A stretch of 64,000 nucleotides of DNA from Eledone cirrhosa (taxonomy: Eukaryota). The position numbers and the translations under genes are program-made. This document shows, piece by piece, positions 13,018 to 26,468 of the stretch. Location of the stretch: contig OZ024741.1 of the NCBI GenBank assembly GCA_964016885.1, forward strand, positions 355,942,001 to 356,006,000. The letters run 5' to 3'. The first letter of the stretch is position 1. Each line of letters starts with the position of its first letter. The notes beneath the pieces were generated by a model. It was given only the letters and a program-made list of their open reading frames with translations. It did not search any database and was not told the origin of the DNA.

Positions 13018-16000
13018 TATATGAGTTATCACCAAGTCACAACCAGTGACCTCAAGAGACAACAAGGTCCGCCATGTTCAAGAAAGAACACACATATTCA
13101 CACATGCATCCTTAGTGTTTAGACTTGTGATGTACTTATATTGACAGGATCTTCCTTAGTATATGGGCAGTTCCCATTAGTACTATCTTTTGTATTTCTC
13201 CTATACGCGGGTTTCCTGGGATTTGCGATAAGTAGTCGTTAGACCCCTTAGGTATCATTCCCAGAGCGCCTACAACCACTGGTATTGTTTTAGTTCTCAA
13301 TTTCCACATTTTTCCAATTTCTATCTCCAGGTCCTTATACTTGCTCAATTTTTCAAATGTTTTTATAGATACATTCTTGTCTATTGGAACAGACATATCA
13401 ATTAGCAGGCATACCCTCCTTTGAAAGTCCTTCAATATTATATCAGGTCTATTTGCATCTATTTTTCGGTCTGTTTGGATGCTAAAGTTCAACAAGATTG
13501 AGATGTGATCTTTTTCAAGTATGGGAGGTGGTTGATGCTCCCACCAATTCTTTTGATGGGACAGATCAAAATGCTTACACATTATCCAATGTATGTATTG
13601 TGCAGCTCTGTCATGCCTGTTTAGGTATTCGGTTGGAGCTATAGGACTGCACATTGAAATTATATGGTCAATGGTCTCTGGTTGTTTTTTGCATACACGG
13701 CATAATGGGCTGCACCCATTTTTTATTATGTTGGCTTGGTAATTTTTTGTTGGCAGACACTGATCTTGTGCGGATATAATCAGTCCTTCAGACTCCGATT
13801 TCAGTCCAGAGGATGCCAACCACTGATGGGTTAACGTTTTGTCAACATCAGGATTGTTAGCTCGCTCTGGGTATTTTCCATACAGAGGCTTTTCTTGCCA
13901 TTTCTTAGCCAGTTTCTGTAGCAGTTCTTTCTTTGCAGTTACTTTTACCTGCTTTGCTTTTTCTGTGTTTTCCATTTCAGCAGTAAATGGGACTTCTGAA
14001 ATTTGTAGTCCATTACTGTATCTTTGTGCATCTTTTGTAATGGAATATGATCTTTTGGTGCTTTCGTGTTTCAAAACGAGTTTGATCATCCAATCATGTG
14101 ATTCCCTTAGATATGTGGATAATCCAATTGTTGCAGTTTTCAACGCAATGTCTAACTGGATTAACCCACGTCCTCCTTCTTTCCTAGGGAGATATATTCT
14201 ATCTATGTCTGCCTTAGGGGGATGCATTCTGTGCATGGTTAAGAATTTTCGGATTTTTGTATCGAGCCTACGGATCTCTGTGCTTGACCAGTTGATGACA
14301 TTGTAACTGTAGGTTACTACTGGTATGGCAAGCGTGTTTATGGCATCGATCCTATTCCTTGCATTCAATTCCGTTCTTAAGATTGCTCTTACTCCGCGGT
14401 AACATTCCTTCCTTATCCTTTCCCTCATTGTCGAGTGCTTGATTCCGTCTCCTTCACAAACACCTAGATATTTGTAAGTTTGTTCTTGATCAAGCTCTCT
14501 TATCACGTTCCCCCGATCAAGATTAATGTCTGAACTCTTCAGCAGCTTTCCTCTGGTGAACGTTGCTTTGGCGCATTTATCCAGTCCAAACTCCATTTTA
14601 ATGTCATCACTGAACTGCTTCACAGTGGATAATAGCCCTTGCAATTGTTCATCATTTTTTGCACATAGTTTCAGGTCATCCATGTAGAACAGGTGATTAA
14701 TGGTTTTGTCATAGACTCTATATCCATGTTTTGTTTCATTGAGCATTTTACTTAATGGTATAAGTGCGATGCAGAATAAAAGCGGTGATAAAGAGTCACC
14801 CTGAAAAATTCCACAATTAATGTTAACTTCTCCAGCTTCCAGTGATTTTGTTTCACTATTCAAAAGGAGTGTCGTTCTCCATGTCCTCATACTGAATGAC
14901 AAAAACCTCCTGATAACGGGGGATATTTTGAAAATCTCTAAACATTTTTCAATCCAACTGTGTGGCAAACTATCAAATGCTTTTTTATAATCTATCCAAG
15001 CAATCGATAGATTTTTGTGTCTATTATGACAATCTTCCAGTATCATTTTGTTAACCAGAAGCTGATCCTTACAGCCATATGAGCCTCGTTTACACCCTTT
15101 CTGCTCAATGGGAAATAGGTAATTTGTTATCAGGTGGTCATATGTGTATTCAGTTAGGACTGATGTTAAAATTTTATACATTGTGGTCAAGCAGGTTATC
15201 GGTCTGTAATTTTTGGGATTGTTTGTCTCATCATTCTTCGGTAGCAGGAATGTAATGCCGTTAACTAGCCATGATGGTATCTTTTCTGGCTCCTTAACTA
15301 TTTCATTGTAAAGTTGGGCTAACAGCTCATGAGACTCTGTGAAGGCATTTATCCAAAAGTTTTGTATTTTGTCTTTTCCTGGGGATTTTCATTTGCTGGT
15401 TTTTCTTAGAGCCAAGCGCAGCTGTTCAACTGTTATATTTTCCCATGTTTGTTCTTCAAGGTGAGCTGTTTCTTTCATTTGTCTGTCTATCCATGGGGCA
15501 TGTATGTTATGAACTTTTTCTTCGGCCCAGATCTTTTCCCAGAATTCTTGCACTTCCTCCTTGGCTGGTATTGATTTAGCAGTTATTGTTGACTTACCAA
15601 TTTTTCTGTAGAAGTTTCTTTGGTTGTTTTTGAACATATTATTGTCCTTATAGAATCTAGATCGTTTTTAAAAGCGCCTTATACGAGCAGCTTTGGCCGA
15701 CACTTTTTGCTTGATTGTTTCTATCAGCATGTCTATGTCACATGTTGATCTTATACTGTACTTTTTTTTCAATTTTCTAAGTTTAGTTTGTTTAACATGT
15801 TCACCTACTTTATAGTTTGTTAAAATTTCTATGTCAGATCGGAGAAGGTTTATTTGGCGATTGATGTTATCTTGCCAAGTAGATTTCTTGTGGGAATTCC
15901 TTTGTTTTTTCATCTTCACTCCACATAAGTGAGTGGTGACTTTAGCCGATGCATAATAGAGATGATTTAAGTCAGTAATGCTTAGTTTGTTTGTGATGAT

Positions 16001-16505
16001 AATGTTTTTGAGAATTATGTTAGTCTTGTGTATTATCTTTTGGTTCTGTTTGGAGTTCTGGATCTTAGGGAGGGTGTCTCGTTCCCCCATGTCAGATTCT
16101 TTCATTTTCATCCATTCGATCATAATTTCATCCTTCAAGTTGGCAAGTTCATTCTCATTCATTTCTTTATCATTTACGATCTCATTATTTTCATTTGGAG
16201 TTTCATCCTGAGCATGCACTCCCTCCACTTTTTCGCTCCTTTCTTTAATTTGTTCTGTTGCCAGTGATTCCGCCCCAACTCTGGGATTCGAAGTGTTACA
16301 GTTTACCTCGTTTTCACTGACACATGCTTCATTTTCCCTTCGCTGACTTTGTGCTACTAGCTTGATCTGATCAATTTCTATATCAGTTAGTAACTTTTTT
16401 CTTACAATATTTCTTCGTATATTGGCTAGTTTGTTACTGTCAATATAGCCTCTGTTTTCGGGATGTTTCTTTTTCCAGTTGATATATGTTTGCTCTGTAT
16501 TCGAT

Positions 16506-16507
<2 letters not shown>
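12995..16507 (-). mobile_element. R4/Dong-like family B, 5'-truncated copy
   Basis: ORF 13136..15190 (684 aa: RT FYMDDLKL, CCHC, RLE) plus 15389..15637 and 15668..16228; highly similar to 1927-5880; (TTA)n at both ends. Confidence 0.93.
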
Positions 16508-16558
<51 letters not shown>

Positions 16559-19048
16559 GTCATCGTTATTCCTTGAATCTCAGTCATTGATGTTGGTTAA
16601 CTGGAAAGTCCGTTGGATTGAATATCAAGCCACTACCTGCAGCCTCAGATATTCAGGACGTATCGGAGGGTTCTTGCCGTTCCAAGCAAGCATGCCTTTT
16701 GAAGCGTTCCAAAAAGCGTGAAGGGGCCGATTTTCTTTAACCATCCCTGGAAACCTTTGGAGATAGTCCCCAGTGCGCCTATGACAATCGGGATCACTTT
16801 GACTTCATGGCAGTTCCAAATCCTTTTCACCTCCCACTTTAGGTCCTGGTATCGGTTAATTTTCTCCCTCTCCTTCTCTTGCACTCTCGTGTCGAACGGG
16901 CAGGCCACATCCACAATCAGGCACGATCTTTTTTCTTTGTCCACAACCACCAGGTCAGGTCTATTGTGTTCCAGTTTTTTGTCCGTCTGTATCCTAAAAT
17001 CCCACAGCACCTTCACCTGACTGTTCTCCATCACCGCCTCTGGCCTATGCTCATACCATTTCTCAGAATGTGGTAGATTGTTTACTTTGCACAGGTGCCA
17101 GTGGATCACCCTGCCCATCACATCGTGTCTCCAGCCCTTATAGTGGGTCTGGGCTAGGTGTTTACACTCGGACACAATGTGAGCCACAGTCTCCTCTCTC
17201 TCTCCACAGATCCTGCACAGTGGACTAGCCTCCTCCTTGTAGATATGGTGCTTCAACCACTTCGTTTTGAGGGCCTGCTCCTGCGCAGCCATTAGCATTC
17301 CTTCTGTAGCCTTTTTGAGGTCTCCTCTTCTCAACCAGTTCCATGTCTGTGGATCTCTAAATTCAGTTTTCTCAAAGAAGGTACTATGAAGGGATTTTCC
17401 CTTAAGGCTGCTCTTCCTCCTTGATGTTATTTCCTCCTTGGGTATCCCCTGGCCTACTGTCCCCTCCTTCAGTACAGCTCTGAGCATTGGCTCCTTACTA
17501 TAGGTCACGTATTTGTATAGGTTGTTTTTCTCCATCTGAACACAGTCCTCTATGCTGATAAGACCTCTTCCACCCTCAGATCTCCTTAGGTAGAGTCTAT
17601 CGACATCACTCCTCTTGTGGAACATGTTGTAGATAGTCAATAGCTTCCTAGTCTTCCTATCCATTTCTTTTTGTTCAGCAACATTCCATCTCAGAATTCC
17701 CGCACTGTACCTAATAATAGACACAGCTCGGGAATTTACTGCGCTTATGGCATTTCTGCTGTTCAGATGTGACTTCAATACGCTCCTTACTCTCCGAATG
17801 TATTCAGTTCTTAACAATTCCTTCATTTTTTTGTTCTTTATGCCATCAGCCTCCAGAACGCCCAAATACTTGTATCCTTCCTCAGAGTCAATTTCCTTTA
17901 TCATCTCACCTGTTGGTATCTGGATCCCGTTACTTCTGCTCAACCTACCCCTCCTCATCACAATGACTCCACATTTACCAATACCAAACTGCATACATAT
18001 ATCACTGCTGAAAATACGGACAGTGTCAACAAGCACAACTCCTTCTCACTTTTCCCGAAGAGCTTAAGATCGTCCATGAAGAGGAGGTGATTGATGGTAA
18101 GCTCTCCCCTTCCCAACTTGTATCCTGCTCTCACTTTTCGCAGCATAATGGTCAAGGGCATCAGGGCAAGGACAAACAACAGAGGGGACAGGCTATCTCC
18201 CTGGAAGATACCTCTCTTGATCTTCACGCTTCCCAAGGATACTCCAGTTGATGTCAACTCTGTCTCCCAGGACCCCATACTCCTGCCCAGCAACTGTCTG
18301 ATGTTATCTGCCACCCTGAAGATCTCCAGGCTTTTGGTGATCCAGGAATGAGGCACCATGTCAAATGCCTTTCTGTAGTCTATCCATCCCATGGCAAGAT
18401 CAGTGTGTCTCCTCCTGCAATTCCCCATTACCATCTTATCAATAAGCAACTGGTCCTTTGTACCACGTGACTTCTTTCGGCATCCTTTCTGTTCGTCCGG
18501 CAACAAGTTGTTTGTGTGGAGGTGATGGTAGATTTCCTCAGACACAATGCTCGTCAACAGTTTCCACATTACGGGCAGACATGTGATAGGTCTATAGTTG
18601 GTAACATCATTACCCTTGATTCGGTCTTTCATTATCAGAACTGTGGTACCTTTTGTCAACCACTCTGGCACCTCACCCGACACCAAGCAGTCATTGAACA
18701 TGGCCGTCAGCTTCGGGTGGAGGGATGTTAAATGTTTAATCCAATACCCCTGCACACCATCTGGGCCTGGTGATTTCCAGTTGGTTAGTTTTTTGGCTTG
18801 CCCCTTAAGAGTTTCAACTGTCATACTCAAATCAGTCTGTTGCTGTGCCTGCTCACCGATCTCCCTCTGTACTGTCTCAATCCACCCTGCCTGGGCATTG
18901 TGTCTAACATCCTGCTCCCATATTCCTCTCCAGAATGTTTTAGCTTGTTCCGCCCCAGGGATCAAGTCGTTGCCTCTTTCTTTCCCCTCAAGCTGTCCAA
19001 ACAGCATCTTCTGGTTGTTGTCGAACATGCGGTTCTGTTTATACTGAC
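16559..19048 (-). mobile_element. R4/Dong-like family A, 5'-truncated copy
   Basis: ORFs 17958..19028 (RT LFMDDLKLF) and 16645..18036 (CRICGEREETVAHIVSEC, RPDL..DVACP..K..RY); flanked by (TTA)n at 16508-16558 and 19049-19124. Confidence 0.93.
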
Positions 19049-19123
<75 letters not shown>

Positions 19124-19124
<1 letters not shown>

Positions 19125-22100
19125 GGCGACCTACGTAGGAAATCGTATGATCGTGAGCTCCACAAATGTTTGTTGTTTTCAGTTGTTTCAAATTGCCAGT
19201 TATGGAAAATATTTGTTGTTAAGTGTTTATAAGTTCCCATATATTGCTTTCTGAAAAGGACACTCAATAATATTGGAGCCTTGATCCCAAAATTTAAAGT
19301 TTTATAATTATCAAACAAAAACTTTCTTTAAAAAAAACATGGACGGCTCTCAGCCACACAGGCTGACAGCCTTCCTAACAGACCAACATCTCCCACCACC
19401 ACCACCACCACCACCACCACTACCACCACCACCACCACCACCACCACCACCACCACCACCACCATTGTAAACATTACTACGGTTGCCAACACTAAAAATA
19501 TAAGCAGTGGCAATAATTTAAATTTGTCACATGCAGAGATTCATTTCCCGCCATTACCAATAACTGCAGGTGTTAAAGCCACCACCCCACCACCACAATA
19601 TCAAAAAGAACAACCAACACCACTGATACCACCACCCCAACTGAAACTAAAAATAACAATAACAAAAATAACAATAACAACAACAGCAGCAACAACAACA
19701 ACGAGAATAACAACACCAACATCAACACCAGCGCAAAACAAAATGTGTCGTTTGCCAAAGCAGCCAAGAAAAGCGAAACAATCGAGGTAAACCAGGATGA
19801 ATTGAATGAAGCCAAGCGAATGGTAAACAAGATGGGTACAGGGTCAGCCACCCCCTCCATCTAATAGAATGGAGCATCGGCGCCTATGTACCATATCAAA
19901 TAGGACAATAGACACAAAATCACGCCGAGAGGAACGGGCATCCGATTCCCAGATATAAAATCTTTTGGACATGTGTGGGCGAAAAAACCCCACATCAGAC
20001 GTTGGCAGAAATATGGAATCATGGACGTGTTCTTTAGAACCCCACAGGAATCCAGAGAACACTCCATGGCCCAATTAAGAAGTGACGAGTTCACACTCGT
20101 CCCAAGCTATTGTGGTCAGAGACTCGTGAAGATCAGGGTGACCGACGTTCCACCGGCCATCGAAATTCCCTGGCTAATGGCTGCCGTCCTCGCCGACATC
20201 AAAGCCAACACCAAAATAATTGAGGTAACAAAAGAAAAGCAGGAGAACTGGTCCGGATCTGGAAAAAAGAAAAAAAAAGAACCCCAAAAAGAAAAAAATC
20301 CCCTTCCTTCGTCCTCCAAAAACAAAATGCAGGGGAAAACAAATAAGCAAACAAACAAAAAAGTTAAGACAACTATGCCACCACCCCTACACCAGCATCA
20401 CCAGCCCCATCACCACAAACACCAACACTATCACCATCATTAACCCCACAACCACCATCACCAACACCACAAAAATCACCAAAAAGCGAAACAGAAACAA
20501 ACCCACAACAAACGCAAAGAAAACAAAACAACCAAAACGATACACACTACACAGCATTAAATGTGAACAACAAGCAATTATTACACTACATCCAACACAA
20601 CACCAGCATCACAGAAAAAGACTACACAACATCCCAAAAATTTACACCACCTCCACACATACAAATTACTCGCATCACACAGAAAACCTACACGACACTA
20701 AAACAAAAATTCCCCAAGGACATCGGAGACTTCCAACAAACACTCTCCAGAAGGATTTATAATGACATCCTTCCAGAGGAGGCCACAAGCAGTGAGAAGG
20801 ATGGAGAAACCACCCTTCTTCTACGAGAAGTGAGGTAAGTGGTCTTTCCCATCTTTTTCCACTCCTTTTCAACATACTCTCACTCAGAATAGGCAGCATA
20901 AATGCACGTGGTCTGGCATCGTCATGGAAGCAGGGCCAGCTCTCAACGACCTCAGGTCACTAAACATAGCGAGACCAGAATCTCCGAATCACGAGCCTTC
21001 GCACCGATCTTCGACGGTTACGATATGTACGCATCTCCCAGCCGGCCTGGATCGTGGGGAGGAGTTGCTGTGCTTTTTCGGAGATGTTTGGATCTCGCCA
21101 TACGGGCCATCTTCCTGGACCCAGAAGGTAAGTTGGTGGTGTTGGACGTGACCAGCAGAGAAGAGCAAACTTTCAGGCTAGTAGCCAACTATGCCCCGAC
21201 AGGGCAGGACGGCCTGACTTCTTCCGGCGTCTGGGGACCTTTCTTGGAACGTCCCGCTCTTTAGTGTTAGTGGGCGACTGGAACGGGATCTTGGATGCAC
21301 ACTGGGACTGTGTGGGATTAGTGGATAGGAGAGGAGGGTGTAAAAGCCTCGCAAACCTGCTCAGACGTTTTCAACTGTCTGACAGGTACCGTCTGGATTT
21401 CCTGAATGTGCCAATGTGGACATGGACAAACCGTATCGGGTCATCCAGATCATATCTAGATAGGGTATTTTGTAGGGAAATAGATAGGTCTAGCATAGGC
21501 TGTCCACAATTCAAGATAGTCGAGTACATGGACCACAACTTCGTGATCTGTGTAGTTGACTTAGATAGGCTTCATAGACAAGGACCCGGCTACTGGAAGC
21601 TAAACGCGTCGTTGACAATGCGCAAAGCCTACAGAGGCCGGATTAGTGAACTAGTTAAGCGGGCATTGACGGGAGCAGTCGTCAACAACAAAAGGTGGTT
21701 CGCCCTGAAAAGAGTGATTAGAATAGAGTCCATTAGGTTTAGTAAGGCTTTAGCAATAGAGAAAAATAGAGCAGAGGGAGAACTAGTTAGAAAATTATAC
21801 GATAGTGCCTACCTCAACAGTCTGCCGCGGCTCTCGGCCACTGAGGTGGAGTGTTGTGAAAATCTGATAACAGCCGCTGAAGTATGGGACACAATGACTG
21901 ACTGCACGATAGGTAAATCACCTGGTTTGGACGGTCTGCCCTACGAGCTTTACGTACACATACCAGACTTGATCGGCGACTTCTTGGTGGACGTCTACGC
22001 AGAGTTCAAGTTTTTGGCCAAGGTGCTAGCAAAAAGCTTAGGGCTTGTCATCGGTGGTCTGGTGGGAGAGGAACAGACATGCGCCATTCCAGACAGATCC

Positions 22101-22165
22101 TTCTACGACAACCTCCACGATCCATCATAGAGAAGGTGGTTAAGGAACCTAGTACAGGTGGGACC
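19124..22165 (+). mobile_element. Tx1/L1-clade element (diverged subfamily), 3'-truncated with internal deletions
   Basis: ORF1-like DVFFRTP..LVPSYCGQRLVKIRVTDVPP; APE motifs GDWN and SYLDR; RT start KSPGLDGLPYE. Begins right after (TTA)n. Confidence 0.85.
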
Positions 22166-22250
22166 CGAACCAGAAACGTGAATCCTCACCGGTATTAGTG
22201 TCAGATGGATCTACTCTTCTAACAGATAAATGAAATATTCTTAATCGCTG

Positions 22251-22284
<34 letters not shown>

Positions 22285-22298
22285 CAGAACACACTCAC

Positions 22299-22432
<134 letters not shown>

Positions 22433-22664
22433 TTCTCAGGAAAATGGGATAACTCGGATTATAGAAATACCGTCGAAGTGATGTTGGGTAAAATATTACC
22501 TCGAAGGGCAGAGATGAGCGACTCGATGTGAGTTGAGGGAAGGAAGAAAAGGTAGGAAGGATGAAAAAGAATGGATGAAAGCGAACAAGTCACAAACATT
22601 AAAATAAGCTCGTCAGATCTCAACCTCCAGCAGTTTCGAGTTAAATGCGTGTGTGTGTATATAT

Positions 22665-22890
22665 ATAAGGAAGGAGTTGTGGTAAGGAACCAGATGGAGC
22701 ATAACGCACCAGAGTACTCAATACTTAGGGTAGTAGAGTGGGTAATAGGAAAATGTATGACCCCGACGGCAGAGCTCAAGCCGTTTCGACGGCTATTTCT
22801 GGAGGTTCAGAAATATTTCTGGTCCAGAAATAGCCGTCAAAACGGCTTGAGCTCTGCCGTCGGGGTCATACATCTGCCGTCGGGGTTATA
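22665..22890. mobile_element. Penelope-like terminal repeat fragment with fold-back inversion (related copies at 25230-25315 and 36315-36470)
   Basis: Inverted repeat 22753-22873; contains the 3' half of an HHR (GAAA-CGGC..GCCG-UC); flanked by (TA)n. Confidence 0.6.
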
Positions 22891-22924
22891 CATTTTCATA
22901 TATATATATATATATATATATCTT

Positions 22925-23026
22925 GTCCCAATAGCCTTTTTTAGTTATTGCTCGCACCAACCTTAGGTATATGATTTTTAATGCGATGAAATATCAATGA
23001 TGGTTGGCAAATCACTGACGAAGGAC
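22925..23026 (+). ncRNA. Candidate non-circularly permuted hammerhead ribozyme (copy 1)
   Basis: AUA cleavage triplet 22969-22971, GAAA 22988-22991, CUGACGA 23015-23021; stem I UGAUUU/AAAUCA; stem III GGUAU/AUAUC. Confidence 0.65.
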
Positions 23027-23451
23027 TAATTTTATCATATGTAACCCATGTGCAACCACGCAGTATTCTTCTTTCTTCTCATGTTTTTTTATATATATTT
23101 ACCTTGGCTGCGTTTGTCTGTTTCTCTCTTACTGCTTCCCCGTTCTCTCTGTTGCTCTCACCTTCTTTCGCCCCCTCTGTCAGTTACACTTTCTCTCGAC
23201 TGACCTCTTCCTCGCACTTCCACTCATTCACTCTCTGTTTCTCCCCCCCTCACTTCCTCCCGTTTGGCTAGTAGTGGGTTCTCTTCTTGCTCACATCTCA
23301 CTCACGTCGGATGGTCTGTATCTTGATCGCTCATGAAATCCACCCAGCTTATGCTGACCGGATAACCATGTTGCTTGTTTATTCCCATCTTTGCGTTGCT
23401 TTCATCCTTCTATGTTGTTTACTTGTCTCACTCGCTTTACGCGATTTACTT

Positions 23452-23553
23452 GTCCCAATAGCTTTTTTTAGTTATTGCTCGCACCAACCTGAGGTATATG
23501 ATTTTTAATGCGATGAAATATCAATGATGGTTGGCAAATCACTGACGAAGGAC
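23452..23553 (+). ncRNA. Candidate non-circularly permuted hammerhead ribozyme (copy 2)
   Basis: Near-identical to 22925-23026. Confidence 0.65.
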
Positions 23554-23763
23554 TAATTTTATCATATGTAACCCATGTGCAACCACGCAGTATTCTTCTT
23601 TCTTCTCATGTTTTATATATATATATATATATAGAGTGAGAGAGAGAGAGAGAGAGAAAGAGAGAGGGAGAGAGGCGGGGAGAGAGAAACTGAAAGGAGC
23701 TGTGTGGTTACTGTAAACAAAGTTTAAGATGGTAGTATGGACGAAACAAGAGAAGAAAAAAGA

Positions 23764-23817
<54 letters not shown>

Positions 23818-23821
23818 GTAT

Positions 23822-23861
<40 letters not shown>

Positions 23862-26112
23862 GTGTGTATATATATATATATGTGTGTGTGTATACATATA
23901 TGTATATGTATGTATGTTTATATTTATGTCAATACTTCAGAGGTGCTTCGAAAACTATACTTTTACAAAATCATCGGCTTTTCCCAAAGGGGCTTCCTGC
24001 CCCCCAAGGGTCCCCTACTCAATATGTGCCAATTATGAGAGTTCACATTCATCTGTAGGACAAACGTAGCCCATGTGTCAAGTTTTGTGAAAATCGGTTG
24101 CGAACTCCAGAAGCTATGACGTTTTGTTGCATTGCACTGCAGTGTTTCAGTCGATTCCAAGGAAGTGGTTAAAGTGGTTAAAGGGGTTATCTGCCGGGGG
24201 GGGGCTCTATAATCATATCTGGGAAAATGAAAGTGCTCATGTCCATCCGGAGTACATAAGTAACCTATGTCTTAAGTTTGGTGAAAATACTGTAGAAATG
24301 GCATAAGGTTTATACATGGAGCATCTGGTCTTGTCTTTGCATGAAATTGTTCTTCACGCTCCACATAACGACGTATTATCCTCGCTTTTTTCCGTTCATT
24401 GCCAGGGAACGTCTTCACAAACCAAAATATCGTCTTCCTGTTTTCCTTCGGTTGCAACGTTTCTCGAAATATTTATTTCTGCCTTCACAGATTACTCTCA
24501 GTTCAATTTGAATGGGAAATTCCTGTTTCATCGATTTTCTCCGTCACCATGGAAGCTTGTAGCTTGAAAGCCGACCCAACGCCTCCTCGCTGCATAACTG
24601 TGTAAATTTTCGCTGCATTCCACCAAGCCATTTCGACGTTTATCCGACTACACCTACTTACTTAAATATACAACGTCCGACCACTTCCAATTTATATAGT
24701 AGATATACCAAAATTGGTGGTAGATACAAAAACCCCATAGAATATGGTCATCGGCTGCCGAATCGGACATATTCAATTTCGATCCCTACTAACAGTACTG
24801 CTGGTCCATTCAAGGTCATAGTTAAAATCTGTTCTGAATATTTTACAAGACGAAACCGAAGCACAACTTACGTAAAATTACATGGCGAGGACAAAATATG
24901 TATATAAGTAAATGTTCGACATTTAAGTCAAGCAATGAATGACGAAGACGATCAGTTAAACTCACAGAATATTTGACGCGCAGAAGTTAGGCTGGTATGA
25001 TAGTGACATTTGAACGGTGTAGAGGCACTGAGACGGCATAATATCGAAACAAGAGAGTCGAGTGATAGAAAAGGAGAGGTTACAGTGAATTTAGTGGGCA
25101 ATTCAATAAAGAAGAGGGAGGAAAGCCGCATGTATCACAGATACGGTTGTCGAAATGGGTATACACAATTTCAACCCCAACTGAAAGTAGTGCTGGTATA
25201 CACACACAGTCATTATATATATGTGTGTGTATATACGTATTACCCACTCTACTATCCTAAGTATTGAGTACTTTGGTGCGTTATGGTCCATCTGTTTCCT
25301 TACCACATTTACTTTGTTATATATATATATATATTTAATACATTAACAGAGAAAGCCTTAAGCGATACTCTGACCAACTCCATCTCACTCAACAAACATT
25401 AGGATATACCTAAGTATTTTCCCAATTTAGTGTTTGGGGTGCTAACTAATCAGTATTTCGTGGATAGCTGGTTGTATTATTTTATATGAGACATTATTAA
25501 ATAAATATCTCTTTCCTTCCAGACGATCGTTCGTTATAAGATTTCTACAATTTGGGATAAATAATGTTCAGGTTATGTAGAAACTTGTATATAATCCATA
25601 GTTTTATACACAAGCGGGCTCTTATAAACTCATCAGTGGATGCCCAAATAATATCGATATAAAAATTACATCGACATTAATAGATTAGTGATGGTCTCCT
25701 TCAGTGCTAAAAAGAGACTGGTAGATTCGAAAATCCAGCAGTCCTCTCAAAGATAAAATACACGCTGCCTCCAAGAGGGTAAGGAGAGGTTATCTTAAAA
25801 TAAAACAATATACACGCGGGTCATTTAAACCTGTTAGGTATTATAACCACGTGTTTAAGAACTCAATTGAATATTAAAAGAATAAATATATGTATACACA
25901 ATCAATGCACACATAGAGATATTAAAATATAATAAATACATGTATGGACCACCCATATACACACATAGTTATTCCCTAAGGGGAATATTTATATATATGT
26001 GTGTGTGTATGTGTTTGTGTGTGTGTATCTGTGTGTGTGCGCGCGCACGGGTGTGTTTGGGGTGTGGGTGGGTGTTACATAAACTAAGGGAAAATCGAAA
26101 ATCGCAATGGTT

Positions 26113-26309
26113 TCAAATAATTGTTTCTACTTTTAGGCACAAGGCCAGCAATTACCCAGTGCATTACTGGTACTTTATTTTATCTACCCCGTAAGGATGA
26201 AAGGCAAAGTCAACCTCGGCGGGATTTGAACTCAGATCGTAAAGGGACGTAACTATGCTGGAAAGCATGGCGTCCGATCCTCTACCGATACTGCCAATCC
26301 ACCGCCCTT
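26113..26309 (-). mobile_element. tRNA-derived SINE
   Basis: Reverse complement of the 30533-30720 SINE, with A and B boxes. Confidence 0.85.
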
Positions 26310-26468
26310 GGTTTCAAATAATAATACTTTAGAAGATAAACTTTGTAGAAAGAGCACAATATATTTGACGAAGCTATAGATTCCGAGTTGAAGTCCTACT
26401 GTTTAGGTCTGTGATATTACCACTGTCTTATACGTTAACTCAACATCTATGAACCTTTTTTTTTCCAG

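Larger units (their letters stand above)
22921..23615 (+). mobile_element. ORF-less retrozyme/PLE-like element with about 170-bp direct repeats, period 527 bp
   Basis: 22921-23090 is repeated at 23448-23615; pyrimidine-rich interior; (TA)n on both sides. Confidence 0.75.

Noticed and set aside
23729-24069. ORFs rich in YI/CV/HT (also at 34966, 41443, 42528, 62600-63861)
   Set aside because: These are translations of (TA)n/(TG)n microsatellites, not genes.
23935-24705. Possible non-autonomous Helitron-like repeat ending TATAGTAGAT
   Set aside because: Single copy in the window with no verifiable termini or coding signal.
25523-25571. Possible upstream SLC22 exon after TTTCCTTCCAG
   Set aside because: No TM1-like open frame; could be UTR but unsupported.
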